Source: Clostridia bacterium (lineage in GTDB: Bacteria > Bacillota > Clostridia > Oscillospirales > CAG-272). From it: DNA of 43,135 nt. Of the stretch, positions 34,231-43,135 are shown piece after piece. The position numbers and the translations under genes were made by a program. The stretch is from positions 1 to 43,135 of the forward strand of contig JAFSUT010000032.1 in NCBI GenBank assembly GCA_017445085.1, in the 5' to 3' direction. A model generated the notes under the pieces. That model was not told the origin of the DNA, searched no databases, and saw only the letters and a list, made by a program, of their open reading frames with translations. Within the stretch, counting starts at the first letter, position 1. Every line of letters starts with the position of its first letter.

Positions 34231-35508
34231 ATGGACATCAACATCCAAAACACAAAACTCTGCGGCGAGATCCGCGCCATCAGCGCAAAATCCGACGTCC
34301 ACCGCTTTTTGATCGCGGCGGCGCTGGCACACGGGCGCTCCAAGATCTCGTTTACCACCCTCTCCGCGGACATTTCCGCCACCGTCGGCGTACTGCGCAC
34401 GCTTGGTGCAGAGATCACCGTATGCGGCGGCGACGGCGACTATACCGCCACCGTCCTCGGGGCGCGACCCGTCCCGCAAGACTGCGTTCTCGATGCCGGT
34501 GAATGCGGCACCACGGCGCGCCTGTGCCTGCCCGTGGCGGCGGCGCTGACCGACGGCTTTACCATGGCGGGAAAAGCCGGACTTGCCGCGCGCCCGTTTG
34601 CCGACCTCTGTACCGCCATGCAAAGCGGCGGCGCCGACTGTTCGAGTGACCGCCTGCCCATCCGCGTGCGCGGCAGGCTGACCGCCGGCGACTACACCAT
34701 CCGCGGCGACGTCAGCTCGCAATATATCAGCGGACTGCTCTTTGCCCTGCCGCTGCTCGGCGGCGACAGCCGCATTCACCTGTCCACACCGCTCGCCTCG
34801 GCAGGCTACGTCGATATGACGCTGGACACGCTCTCGCGCTTCGGCGTCACGGTCGAAAAGGCGGCGGACGGCTATTTCGTCCCCGGCGGGCAGACCTACC
34901 GCCCCGTTGCCGCCTACGCCGCCGAGGGCGACTGGTCAAACGCCGCCTTTTGGCTGTGCGCGGGTGCGCTCGGCGGCGATATCTGCGTGCGCGGACTGCA
35001 CCTTGCCTCCCGCCAGCGCGACCGCGTGATTTCAGAGCTCTTGCAAGCCGCCGGCGCAGACGTCTCCTTTGCAGGCGACGGCGTGCGCGTGCGCGGCGGC
35101 GCTTTGCACGCGATCAACGTCGACGGGCGCGACGTCCCCGACCTCTGCCCCGTCCTTGCCTGTGTCCTTGCCTGCGCCGACGGCGAAAGCAAAATCAGTG
35201 GCAGTGCGCGCCTGCGGCTCAAAGAAAGCGACCGTATCGCCAGCACGACGGCACTGCTGTGCGCCCTCGGCGGCGAAGTCACCCCCACCCCCGACGGCTT
35301 TATTTTGCACGGCAAAAGCATTCTCCCCGGCGGGGTGTGCGACGCGGCAAACGACCACCGCATCGCGATGTGCGCCGCCGTCCTTGCCTGCCGCACGGCA
35401 GGCGGCGTCCGTCTCCTCGGCGCACAGGCGGTGAACAAATCCTACCCGACCTTCTTTTACGACTTTCAAAAACTCGGAGGAACATACAGTGTCATCACAA
35501 ATGGGTAA
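34231..35508 (+). CDS. aroA: 3-phosphoshikimate 1-carboxyvinyltransferase (EPSP synthase)
   Basis: AKSDVHR, GECGTTAR, SSQYISGLL, EGDWSNAAF, RLKESDRI, NDHRIAM, VNKSYP. Confidence 0.95.
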   Translation: MDINIQNTKLCGEIRAISAKSDVHRFLIAAALAHGRSKISFTTLSADISATVGVLRTLGAEITVCGGDGDYTATVLGARPVPQDCVLDAGECGTTARLCLPVAAALTDGFTMAGKAGLAARPFADLCTAMQSGGADCSSDRLPIRVRGRLTAGDYTIRGDVSSQYISGLLFALPLLGGDSRIHLSTPLASAGYVDMTLDTLSRFGVTVEKAADGYFVPGGQTYRPVAAYAAEGDWSNAAFWLCAGALGGDICVRGLHLASRQRDRVISELLQAAGADVSFAGDGVRVRGGALHAINVDGRDVPDLCPVLACVLACADGESKISGSARLRLKESDRIASTTALLCALGGEVTPTPDGFILHGKSILPGGVCDAANDHRIAMCAAVLACRTAGGVRLLGAQAVNKSYPTFFYDFQKLGGTYSVITNG

Positions 35509-36571
35509 ACAGATCACGATCACGGTCTTCGGCGAATCGCACGCCCCCGCCGTCGGTATGACGCTTTGCGGCGTCCCGGCGGGCGAGCGGATCGATTTTG
35601 AGGCGCTCGCCGCCTTTATGCGGCGGCGCGCCCCCGGCAAAGACGCCATTTCCACCGCGCGGTGCGAGGCGGATATCCCTGAGTTTTTATGCGGCGTCAC
35701 GGGCGGCGTCACCACCGGCGCCCCCATCACCGCGATCATCCGCAACAGCGACACACGCTCGTCCGACTACAAAGGATTTTCGCAAACGCCGCGCCCCTCC
35801 CACGCCGACTACACCGCCACGGTCAAGTACGGCGGAAAAAGCGATATGCGCGGCGGCGGACATTTCTCGGGCAGACTGACCGCCCCGCTCTGCATCGGCG
35901 GCGGCGTCGCGCTCCAGATCCTCGCGCGGCGCGGCGTAAAAATCGGGGCGCACGCCCTGCGCATTGCCGACGTCAGCGACACGCCGTTTGATTTGGCAAA
36001 AGTGGACGAAAGCACCCTCGACGCGCTCGCGGCGCGTGATTTTCCGACCCTCTCGCCGGCGGCGGGCGAAAAAATGATCGGAGAGATCCTCGCGGCAAAG
36101 CGCGAGGGCGACTCGGTCGGCGGCGTGATCGAATGCGCCGTCCTCGGTATGCCCGCGGGCTTTGGCGCGCCGATGTTTGACGGGATCGAAAACCGCCTTG
36201 CGGCGGCGCTGTTCGGCATTCCCGCCGTCAAGGGCGTGGAATTCGGCAGCGGGTTTGCCGCCGCCGGGATGCGCGGCAGCGCCCACAACGATCCCTTTAT
36301 CTTTGAGGGCGGCATCGTGCGCACCAAAACCAACAACAGCGGCGGCGTGCAAGGCGGAATTTCCAACGGGATGCCTATCGTCTTTCGCATCGCGGTAAAA
36401 CCGACGCCCTCCATCGCCAAAGAACAACAGACGGTCAACCTGCAAACAGGGGAGGCCGCAGCGCTGACGATCGGCGGACGGCACGACCCCTGCATCGCCG
36501 TGCGCGCCGTCCCCGTCACCGAGGCGGTCGCGGCGCTGACCATACTTGATATTTTAAGCGAGGTACAATAA
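35489..36571 (+). CDS. aroC: Chorismate synthase
   Basis: GESH, PRPSHADY, RGGGHFSGRLTA, GDSVGG, KGVEFGSG, TNNSGGVQGGISNG, KPTPSI, GRHDPC; GTG start 8 nt after GGAGG. Confidence 0.96.
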   Translation: MSSQMGKQITITVFGESHAPAVGMTLCGVPAGERIDFEALAAFMRRRAPGKDAISTARCEADIPEFLCGVTGGVTTGAPITAIIRNSDTRSSDYKGFSQTPRPSHADYTATVKYGGKSDMRGGGHFSGRLTAPLCIGGGVALQILARRGVKIGAHALRIADVSDTPFDLAKVDESTLDALAARDFPTLSPAAGEKMIGEILAAKREGDSVGGVIECAVLGMPAGFGAPMFDGIENRLAAALFGIPAVKGVEFGSGFAAAGMRGSAHNDPFIFEGGIVRTKTNNSGGVQGGISNGMPIVFRIAVKPTPSIAKEQQTVNLQTGEAAALTIGGRHDPCIAVRAVPVTEAVAALTILDILSEVQ

Positions 36572-37714
36572 ATGGATATGAAAAAGATCCGCACCGAGAT
36601 CGACGCGCTGGACGACGTCATCAAAGACGCGTTCCTGCGCCGGATGGAACTCTGCGCCGGTATGGCGGCATATAAAAAAGAAAACGGCCTGCCCGTCTTT
36701 TACCCCGCGCGGTAGCGCGAGATCGTTGCGCGGCTGACCAAAGAGATGCCGGCGGATATGGCAACCTATACCAAGGTGCTCTACAACACCCTGTTTGAAG
36801 TTTCCCGCGCGTATCAGACGACAAAGATCTCGGACGGCGGCAGACTGTCCGCCCGCATCAAAACGGCGATCGAAAATACGCCAAAGACCCTGCCCACGAC
36901 CTGCACGGTCGCCTGCCAGGGGACCGAGGGTGCAAACTCCCAGCGCGCCGCCGAAAAACTGTTTTCGATCCCCACCATCCTCTATATGGGCAGCTTTGAG
37001 GGCGTGTTCAACGCGGTGGCGAGCGGCTTTTGCCGCTACGGCATCCTGCCGATCGGCAACAATCTGCACGGCTCGGTCACCGAGGTCTACGACCTGATGA
37101 AAAAACACAAATTTTATATCGTCAAGAGCATCAAACTGCGCATTGACCACACGCTCGTCGCAAAGCCGGGCGTTCCCCTCTCGGACATCAAGGAGATCTT
37201 TTCGCATCCGCAAGCCATCGGTCAATGCCAAAAGTTCTTGTCCTCGCTTGCAGGGGACGTCAAGGTCACCGAGTGCGCCAACACCGCCCTTGCCGCCAAA
37301 ATGGTGGCACAGAGCGACAGGAGCGACGTCGCCGCGATCTGTGACGCCGGGTGCGCCGAACTTTACGGGCTTTGCGCGCTCGAAAAAAACATCGCCGACA
37401 GCGACAACAACTATACGCGCTTTATCTGCATCTCCAAAGACCTTGAGATCTACCCCGGCTCGGACAAAACCAGCATTATGTTCACCCTGCCGCATACCCC
37501 GGGCTCGCTCTTTTCGGTGATCGCAAAGTTTGCCGTCCTCGGCGTCAACTTTTCCAAAATCGAAAGCCGTCCGATCCCCGGCCGCGACTTTGAATATATG
37601 TTCTACCTCGACTTTGACGCCTCGATCTACTCCGGCGGTCTGCTCGAAGCGCTGAATTCCTTTGACGCCGAATACGAGGGCGGCAGTTTTCTCGGCTGCT
37701 ACACCGAAATCTGA
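36572..37714 (+). pseudogene. pheA: Chorismate mutase / prephenate dehydratase (P-protein) interrupted by an in-frame TAG at codon 48; PDT-ACT part intact
   Basis: MDMKKIRTEIDALD...RRM...AAYKKENGLPVFYPAR*REI (CM domain; TAG at 36713-36715) continues in frame into QGTEGANS, SHPQAIGQC, NYTRF, IESRP, FYLDF. The stop may be a sequencing error. Confidence 0.8.
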
Positions 37715-37738
37715 TTTTGAAAGTGAGGCGCGCTGCAA

Positions 37739-38995
37739 ATGCGTGAGCGCAAAAACGATTTTTATCTCATCGGCGAAAAACTCGGGCATTCGCATTCCCC
37801 CGCCATCCACGCGCTGCTCGGCAACAAAAACTACGCCCTGCGCGAAGTGCCGCGCGATGAACTTGCCGCCTTTTTTGCGGCGCGGCGCTTTTCCGGCGTC
37901 AACGTTACCATCCCGTACAAAGAGGCGGTCATGCCGCTGTGCGACGTCCTCGACGGCGCCGCCGTGGACATCGGCGCGGTCAACACCGTCGTAAATATGG
38001 ACGGCACGCTCTTCGGCTGCAATACCGACTTTGACGGATTTATCTTTATGTGTCACCTCTCGGGCATCGATTTTGCAGGCAAGAAAGTCCTGATCCTCGG
38101 CAGCGGCGGCACCTCCAAAACGGCGGCCGCCGCCGCAAAAAAAATGGGCGCCGCCGCCGTTACAAAGGTTTCGCGCAGCGGCAGCGTCAACTATGAAAAC
38201 GTCTATACCGCCGCGCACGACGCACAGATCGTGGTCAACACAACGCCGGTCGGTATGTATCCAAACGGCGACGGCTGTCCGCTGGACATCGCGCGTTTTC
38301 CGGATCTCTGCGGCGTGGTGGACGTGATCTACAATCCCCTCCGCACGCGACTCATCGCCGAGGCAGAGCGCCTGCATATCCCCGCCGCGGGCGGACTTGC
38401 GATGCTGGTGGCGCAGGCGGCGTTTGCCGACCGCTATTTCCGCGCACGGACGCACAGCGGCGAAAACATCGTCCGCATCATCGCCGCGATGCGCGCGCGG
38501 CTGACCAACATCGTGCTTGTGGGGATGCCGGGGTGCGGAAAAAGCACGATCGGCAAGATCCTCGCGGCAACGACCGGGCGCAAGCTTTTTGACATCGACC
38601 GCATCATCACCGAGCGGGCGGGGATCTCCATCCCCGAGATCTTTGAAACGCAGGGCGAGAGCGCCTTTCGCGATATGGAAACCGAAGTAACGCGCGAGGT
38701 TGCCGCAAACTGCGGCGCGATCATCGCCTGCGGCGGCGGCACCGTACTGCGTGAGGTCAACCGCGCCGCCCTGCGACAAAACGGCTGTATCTTCTACATC
38801 AAGCGCAAGACCGAAAACCTGGCGCGCGGGGGCAGACCCCTCTCCGCGGGCGACGGCGCCCTGGAAGCGCTGTATGCGCAGCGCCACACCGTCTACGAAG
38901 ATTTTGCAGACATGATCGTACCCGAAAGTCCAAGCGTCGGCGCCGCCGCCATGGCGACGCTCGAAGCCTTTCGGAGAAAGGATTTTTCAAAATGA
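37739..38995 (+). CDS. aroE: Shikimate dehydrogenase - shikimate kinase fusion (AroE-AroK)
   Basis: LGHSHSPAIH, NVTIPYK, GAVNT, NTDFDG, GSGGT, NTTPVGM, DVIYNP; then LVGMPGCGKSTIG, GESAFRDME, ACGGG, RP. Confidence 0.92.
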   Translation: MRERKNDFYLIGEKLGHSHSPAIHALLGNKNYALREVPRDELAAFFAARRFSGVNVTIPYKEAVMPLCDVLDGAAVDIGAVNTVVNMDGTLFGCNTDFDGFIFMCHLSGIDFAGKKVLILGSGGTSKTAAAAAKKMGAAAVTKVSRSGSVNYENVYTAAHDAQIVVNTTPVGMYPNGDGCPLDIARFPDLCGVVDVIYNPLRTRLIAEAERLHIPAAGGLAMLVAQAAFADRYFRARTHSGENIVRIIAAMRARLTNIVLVGMPGCGKSTIGKILAATTGRKLFDIDRIITERAGISIPEIFETQGESAFRDMETEVTREVAANCGAIIACGGGTVLREVNRAALRQNGCIFYIKRKTENLARGGRPLSAGDGALEALYAQRHTVYEDFADMIVPESPSVGAAAMATLEAFRRKDFSK

Positions 38996-39426
38996 AACTA
39001 CTCGTCATCAACGGCCCCAATCTCAATATGCTCGGTGTACGCGAACCGGAGATCTACGGCAAAAGCACCTACGCCGACCTTGTCGGGATGATCGAGGCGC
39101 ACGCGGCAGAAAAAGGCGTGGACGTGCACTGTTTTCAATCCAATCACGAGGGCGCGATCGTGGACGAGATCCAGGCGGCGCTCGGCGTATACGACGGCAT
39201 CGTCATCAATCCCGCCGCCTACACGCACACCAGCGTTGCCATCCTCGATGCCCTCAAAGCCGTCGCCATCCCGACGGTGGAAGTGCATATTTCGGACGTG
39301 AATGCGCGAGAGGAATTCCGCCGCCGTTCCTTTGTATCCGCCGTCGCGCTGAAAACCATCGCCGGTCACGGCTTTGACGGCTATATCGAGGCGATGGACC
39401 TCTTGCTCTGCCCGCTGCAAAAATAA
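38992..39426 (+). CDS. aroQ: Type II 3-dehydroquinate dehydratase
   Basis: INGPNLNMLGVREPEIYG, QSNHEG, NPAAYTHTSVAILDA, EVHISD, REEFRR. Confidence 0.96.
   Translation: MKLLVINGPNLNMLGVREPEIYGKSTYADLVGMIEAHAAEKGVDVHCFQSNHEGAIVDEIQAALGVYDGIVINPAAYTHTSVAILDALKAVAIPTVEVHISDVNAREEFRRRSFVSAVALKTIAGHGFDGYIEAMDLLLCPLQK
39316..39412 (+). repeat. 97-bp direct repeat, copy 1 (3' end of aroQ)
   Basis: Identical to 41496-41592. Confidence 0.95.
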
Positions 39427-39526
39427 GTTGTGCGGCAGTTTCGCGTGTTTCCGCGGCTTTATTCAAAGGCGGCGGTCATCAACAGGACATGCCGGCAATT
39501 TTGCTAAAACTAAGAAAAAACTCTTG

Positions 39527-39560
39527 TAAAAACACGGCTTGGAAACCGTGTTTTTATTTT
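39527..39560 (+). terminator. Terminator after the current aroQ 3' end
   Basis: TAAAAACACGG / CCGTGTTTTTA, then TTTT. Confidence 0.65.
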
Positions 39561-39566
39561 GCAGAC

Positions 39567-39595
39567 TTGAAAACAAGCGCAAATAATGCTATAAT
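39567..39595 (+). promoter_or_regulatory. sigma-A promoter of the R-M operon
   Basis: TTGAAA-N17-TATAAT with extended TG. Confidence 0.75.
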
Positions 39596-39632
39596 GTAAC
39601 AAAGTTAAGTTGATTTGTAGGAGTCGACAAAT

Positions 39633-40469
39633 ATGAATATTATCAATGCTATATACAATCTTGTAAACAGACCTGTTATTGATGTTGTATCATACTATAC
39701 CGGAAAGAACAGAGCGAACAACTCCGGTGACGCCCTTGAGGAATACATAAAAGATTTATTTGCCGGTACTTTTGATATGAATGAAACTGAAAGACTGGAA
39801 ACGCTCAACAATGTTTTTTCTTACCTGGGAAACAACAGCAATCCTCCGGATGCTATGCTGCGCGGCGGTGATGCTATCGAAACAAAGAAGATTGAAAGTA
39901 ACGGTTCTGCTCTCGCTTTGAATTCAAGTTACCCCAAACATGATTTGAAAAGCGATAGCCCTATGATTTCAAATGCTTGCCGCACTGCTGAACATTGGAT
40001 TAAAAAAGATATGATTTATGCCGTTGGAATTGTTAATAATGATAAATTAAAGCATTTGGCTATGGTGTATGGTCTTGATTATTGTGCAAGTGAGGAATGT
40101 TACAGCCGTATTAAAACCACAATCAAAAACGGTGTAGAATCAATACCGGGTGTAGAATTTGCCGAAAGCAGAGAATTAGGCCATATCAACAAAGTAGACC
40201 CCCTCGGAATAACATATATGCGCGTTCGCGGTATGTGGGGGATTGAGAACCCGTGGAAAGTGTTTGAGTACATCTATCAAAGAGATTTCACAAATTCCTT
40301 CAACTTTATGTGTATCATCAATGAAAGTAAGTGGAACTCCTTTGACAATACGGAATTGATCACCTCGCTTCATATTCATGGTTTTGACATTCGCGATGTA
40401 AGGATCAAAAATCCGGATAATCCTGCCCAGCTTGTCAATGCAAAACTAATCACTTACTTTCTGAATTGA
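39633..40469 (+). CDS. Type II restriction endonuclease, NgoPII family (predicted GGCC)
   Basis: [66 protein letters not shown], recognised from memory as NgoPII-like. Confidence 0.85.
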   Translation: MNIINAIYNLVNRPVIDVVSYYTGKNRANNSGDALEEYIKDLFAGTFDMNETERLETLNNVFSYLGNNSNPPDAMLRGGDAIETKKIESNGSALALNSSYPKHDLKSDSPMISNACRTAEHWIKKDMIYAVGIVNNDKLKHLAMVYGLDYCASEECYSRIKTTIKNGVESIPGVEFAESRELGHINKVDPLGITYMRVRGMWGIENPWKVFEYIYQRDFTNSFNFMCIINESKWNSFDNTELITSLHIHGFDIRDVRIKNPDNPAQLVNAKLITYFLN

Positions 40470-40479
40470 GGTGCAAGAT

Positions 40480-41469
40480 ATGAAGGTCATCAGCCTTTTT
40501 TCCGGTTGCGGCGGGTTAGACCTTGGTTTTGAACGAGCAGGATTTGATATTCCTGTTGCAAACGAGTTCGACCCTACCATTTGGGAAACATTCAAAATCA
40601 ATCATCCTGAAACAAAACTGATTGAGGGTGACATTCGTAATATTAAAGCAGATGATTTTCCGGCAGATGTTGACGGTATAATCGGCGGTCCTCCGTGCCA
40701 GTCGTGGAGCGAAGCCGGAAGTTTAAGAGGTATCAACGACGAACGAGGCAAGTTGTTTTATGACTATATACGCATATTGAGAAAAATTCAACCAAAGTTT
40801 TTTCTTGCAGAAAATGTTCCCGGTATGCTTGCCGCGCGTCATAGCGAAGCCGTAAAAAACATTATCCAAATGTTTGAGGAAAGTGGTTATACTCTTTCCG
40901 TCACAATGGTAAATGCAAAAGACTACGGGGTTGCCGAAGAAAGAAAGCGCGTTTTTTACATAGGTTTTCGTAAGGATTTGAAGAAAAGTTTTGCTTTTCC
41001 CAAAGGCAGTACCGAAGACGATCATAAAAAAATCACTCTTCGTGATGTGATCTGGGATTTGCAGGATACGGCAGTACCGGCAATCCCGCACAACCGCCAC
41101 AATCCGCAAGCCATAAACAACAACGAGTATTTCACAGGCGCTTATTCGACAATTTTTATGAGCAGAAATCGTGTTAAAAGTTGGGACGAACAAGCCTTTA
41201 CAGTTCAAGCATCGGGCAGACAGTGCCAGTTGCATCCGCAAGCGCCGAAAATGCAATTTATCGAACAAAACAAAAGACGGTTTGTTCCGGGGAAAGAGCA
41301 TTTATATCGCCGGATGACCGTTAGAGAAATCGCGAGAATACAGGGGTTTCCTGATGACTTTCACTTTATCTACGATAATGTGGATGATGCTTATAAGATG
41401 ATCGGTAATGCAGTACCTGTCAATCTTGCTTATGAAATCGCCACTGCAATTGCAAATCAACTAGAATAA
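40480..41469 (+). CDS. C5-cytosine DNA methyltransferase, M.HaeIII/M.NgoPII-like (predicted GGCC)
   Basis: FSGCGG, GGPPCQ, ENV, RKRVF, GNAV motifs; target-recognition segment [31 protein letters not shown] as in M.HaeIII; GAGGTG SD before the ATG at 40480. Confidence 0.93.
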   Translation: MKVISLFSGCGGLDLGFERAGFDIPVANEFDPTIWETFKINHPETKLIEGDIRNIKADDFPADVDGIIGGPPCQSWSEAGSLRGINDERGKLFYDYIRILRKIQPKFFLAENVPGMLAARHSEAVKNIIQMFEESGYTLSVTMVNAKDYGVAEERKRVFYIGFRKDLKKSFAFPKGSTEDDHKKITLRDVIWDLQDTAVPAIPHNRHNPQAINNNEYFTGAYSTIFMSRNRVKSWDEQAFTVQASGRQCQLHPQAPKMQFIEQNKRRFVPGKEHLYRRMTVREIARIQGFPDDFHFIYDNVDDAYKMIGNAVPVNLAYEIATAIANQLE

Positions 41470-41495
41470 GATTCAGACGCTACGCACGCGAGCCG

Positions 41496-41592
41496 TTCCG
41501 CCGCCGTTCCTTTGTATCCGCCGTCGCGCTGAAAACCATCGCCGGTCACGGCTTTGACGGCTATATCGAGGCGATGGACCTCTTGCTCTGCC
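41496..41592 (+). repeat. 97-bp direct repeat, copy 2 (orphaned aroQ 3' end, continuing ...LLCQKAKARE* to 41615)
   Basis: Identical to 39316-39412. Confidence 0.95.
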
Positions 41593-41621
41593 AAAAGGCG
41601 AAAGCGCGGGAGTGACAAACG

Positions 41622-41667
41622 TACAAAAGAGAGGAAAAGCAACTTTGTCTTTTCCTCTCTTTTTGTA
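41622..41667. terminator. Bidirectional terminator (probably the ancestral aro operon terminator, shared with araC)
   Basis: TACAAAAGAGAGGAAAAG / CTTTTCCTCTCTTTTTGTA. Confidence 0.75.
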
Positions 41668-41711
41668 TATTCGCGATGCGCCGATTTTTTGTCCGGCGTG
41701 TGCGCCGCGCC

Positions 41712-42491
41712 TTATTTGCCAAACGGTTTTTGATAGTTTTTCGGCGTCTGCCCGCACACCGATTTGAACTGGCGGATAAACTGGATATCGCTCGGATAGT
41801 TCAGCTCGTCCGCCGCCATTTTGACGGTATATCCGCCGGAGTTTAACAGATCTTTTGCATATTCGATGCGGCTGCGGATCATATCGGCGATCGGGCTGAT
41901 CCCGAACTGCAGTTTGTATAAATGCTGGAAATAGGATACGCTCATATGGAGCGTTTCGGCAAGTTTCCTTGTACTGCGCCGCACTTTCGGATTGGCGTAG
42001 ATCTCGGCGCGCAGGCGCGAAAGCTCGGCGCTGTGCGCACCGGCGGCACCGCCGGTCGCGGTGATCTCCTCGATGAGTTTGAGAAAAAGGATATGCAAAT
42101 ACAAATTACAGATCTCCCCCGCGGCGGCGCCGCCGGCATACTTTTCGTGCTGCATACGGAAAATCAGGTGCGAGAGCACGGACACGTCCTGCACAAAAAG
42201 CACCTTGTTAAAGCGCAGTCCTGCAGAGAGCAGTTCCTCACGCTCCTCTGCGGCAAGATCAAACGTCACCCAGTCGTGGAGAAAGGGCTCTCCGTCGGCG
42301 CCGAAATGCTGCGTCGCCGTTTTCTCGTAAATCATGACCGAACCGGCGGCGGCGTGTACCGTCTCCCCGTCCAGGACGAAAAAAGCGCGGCTGCGGAGGA
42401 CGAGCATCACGTATTCCACCCCGCGCGGCTTTCGTCTTAAAACAAACTGCGCGTTTGCCCCCCGATTATATCCGATACATCTGAGTTGCAT
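41712..42491 (-). CDS. AraC-family transcriptional regulator
   Basis: Cupin-like N-terminus; LAETLHMSVSYFQHLYK..FGISP...RIEYAK.LL...FIRQFKSVCGQTP. Confidence 0.9.
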   Translation of the reverse strand: MQLRCIGYNRGANAQFVLRRKPRGVEYVMLVLRSRAFFVLDGETVHAAAGSVMIYEKTATQHFGADGEPFLHDWVTFDLAAEEREELLSAGLRFNKVLFVQDVSVLSHLIFRMQHEKYAGGAAAGEICNLYLHILFLKLIEEITATGGAAGAHSAELSRLRAEIYANPKVRRSTRKLAETLHMSVSYFQHLYKLQFGISPIADMIRSRIEYAKDLLNSGGYTVKMAADELNYPSDIQFIRQFKSVCGQTPKNYQKPFGK

Positions 42492-42517
42492 ATTCCCTCC
42501 GAAAGCAGAAAATGTCA

Positions 42518-42591
42518 GTTTTTTTACAGTATAACATCTTGTGCGAAAAAAGTAAATATGTTACTATAAAATCAAAGACGGCAAACGTTTG
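42518..42591. promoter_or_regulatory. Overlapping divergent promoters (araC / GH39) and a palindromic operator-like site
   Basis: Plus strand TTGTGC-N17-TACTAT (42539-42567); minus strand TTTACT-N17-TATACT; palindrome CAAACGTTTG at 42582-42591 resembles a LacI/cre-type operator core. Confidence 0.45.
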
Positions 42592-42607
42592 AAACGGAGG
42601 ATGGATC

Positions 42608-43135
42608 ATGGCAAATATCAGCATTGAAACCGACCGCATCATAGGAAAGATCAAACCCCTGCACTGCACGGTCAACGGACCCGTGGTCAACCATGACGAC
42701 AGTTGCAGTACGGCGCCGGGCTTTCGTGAGATCGGCGTGCCGTACGTCCGTTTGCACGACTCTTCTTCTTTTGCAAATTACGGCGGCGAGCATACCGTGG
42801 ATATTTCGGGCATTTTCCCGGATTTTGAAAAAGACCCCTACGACCCCGAGAGTTACGACTTTTATATGACCGACGGCTACATCGAGCGCACGCTTGCCGT
42901 CGGCAGCCGGATCTTCTACCGCCTGGGGCAGCGCATCGAGGTCAAACCGAAAAAATACCACGTGCATCCGCCAAAGGATTTCAAAAAGTGGGCGGTCGTC
43001 TGCGAGCATATCATCCGCCACTACAACGAGGGCTGGAACAACGGCTTTCACTACGGCATCGAATATTTTGAGATCTGGAACGAACCCGACAACCGCCCCG
43101 CCTGCTGGACCGGCACGACCGAGCAGTTTGACGAC
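42608..43135 (+). CDS. Glycoside hydrolase family 39-like protein (3'-truncated by the window)
   Basis: GGAGG RBS; open to the window end: IPYVRLHD-like VPYVRLHD, YDF..TD, IFYRLG, PPKDFKKWAVVCEHIIRHY, FEIWNEPD (clan A acid/base NEP). Missing from the ORF track because it has no stop. Confidence 0.85.
   Translation, partial: MANISIETDRIIGKIKPLHCTVNGPVVNHDDSCSTAPGFREIGVPYVRLHDSSSFANYGGEHTVDISGIFPDFEKDPYDPESYDFYMTDGYIERTLAVGSRIFYRLGQRIEVKPKKYHVHPPKDFKKWAVVCEHIIRHYNEGWNNGFHYGIEYFEIWNEPDNRPACWTGTTEQFDD

Larger units (their letters stand above)
39413..41495. mobile_element. Inserted AT-rich restriction-modification cassette bounded by a long target duplication
   Basis: Marked drop in GC within the two genes; 97-bp direct repeats on both sides; no integrase or transposase. 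Confidence 0.75.

Noticed and set aside
36713-36715. Genome-wide reassignment of TAG to a sense codon
   Set aside because: Only one in-frame TAG occurs among 36 genes; a true reassignment should interrupt many ORFs.
37739-38995. AroE-AroK fusion as a novelty
   Set aside because: This fusion is already familiar in Clostridia; recorded as a feature only.

Overview
A GC-rich (~60%) chromosomal segment from a probable spore-forming Bacillota (Clostridia-like promoters, SpoVB-like and SafA/ExsA-like genes). It carries about 36 complete CDS, one truncated GH39 gene and one tRNA-Thr(CGT). The left half is mostly housekeeping: a CdaR-like regulator, rsmE, a YhaN/YhaO-like ATPase-nuclease pair, a SpoVB-like flippase, an LTA-synthase/GDPD/exonuclease operon, mscS, a YoaP GNAT, radC, rsmA, an SDR and a class II UvrA. 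The middle holds an uncharacterised module of two Cthe_2159-type beta-helix proteins, a VTC polyphosphate-polymerase domain, DUF4956 and an OmpR-type two-component system; its three promoters share a TTCAAT-N5-TTCAAT box. Next come ugd plus UDP-glucuronate epimerase and a complete shikimate/aromatic amino acid operon (aroF-tyrA-aroB-aroA-aroC-pheA-aroE/K-aroQ). The most notable unannotated signals are: (1) a 36-aa Tyr/Phe-rich leader peptide with 1:2, 2:3 and 3:4 attenuator structures ahead of the aro operon, instead of a T-box; (2) an AT-rich NgoPII/HaeIII-type (GGCC) restriction-modification cassette flanked by a perfect 97-bp duplication of the aroQ 3' end, with no integrase, in a window depleted of GGCC; (3) the shared regulator box of the VTC module; (4) an in-frame TAG in the chorismate mutase domain of pheA; (5) a six-cysteine 28-aa peptide gene and a second uORF-plus-terminator leader before the GNAT gene. 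All calls are by eye; no searches or folding programs were run.
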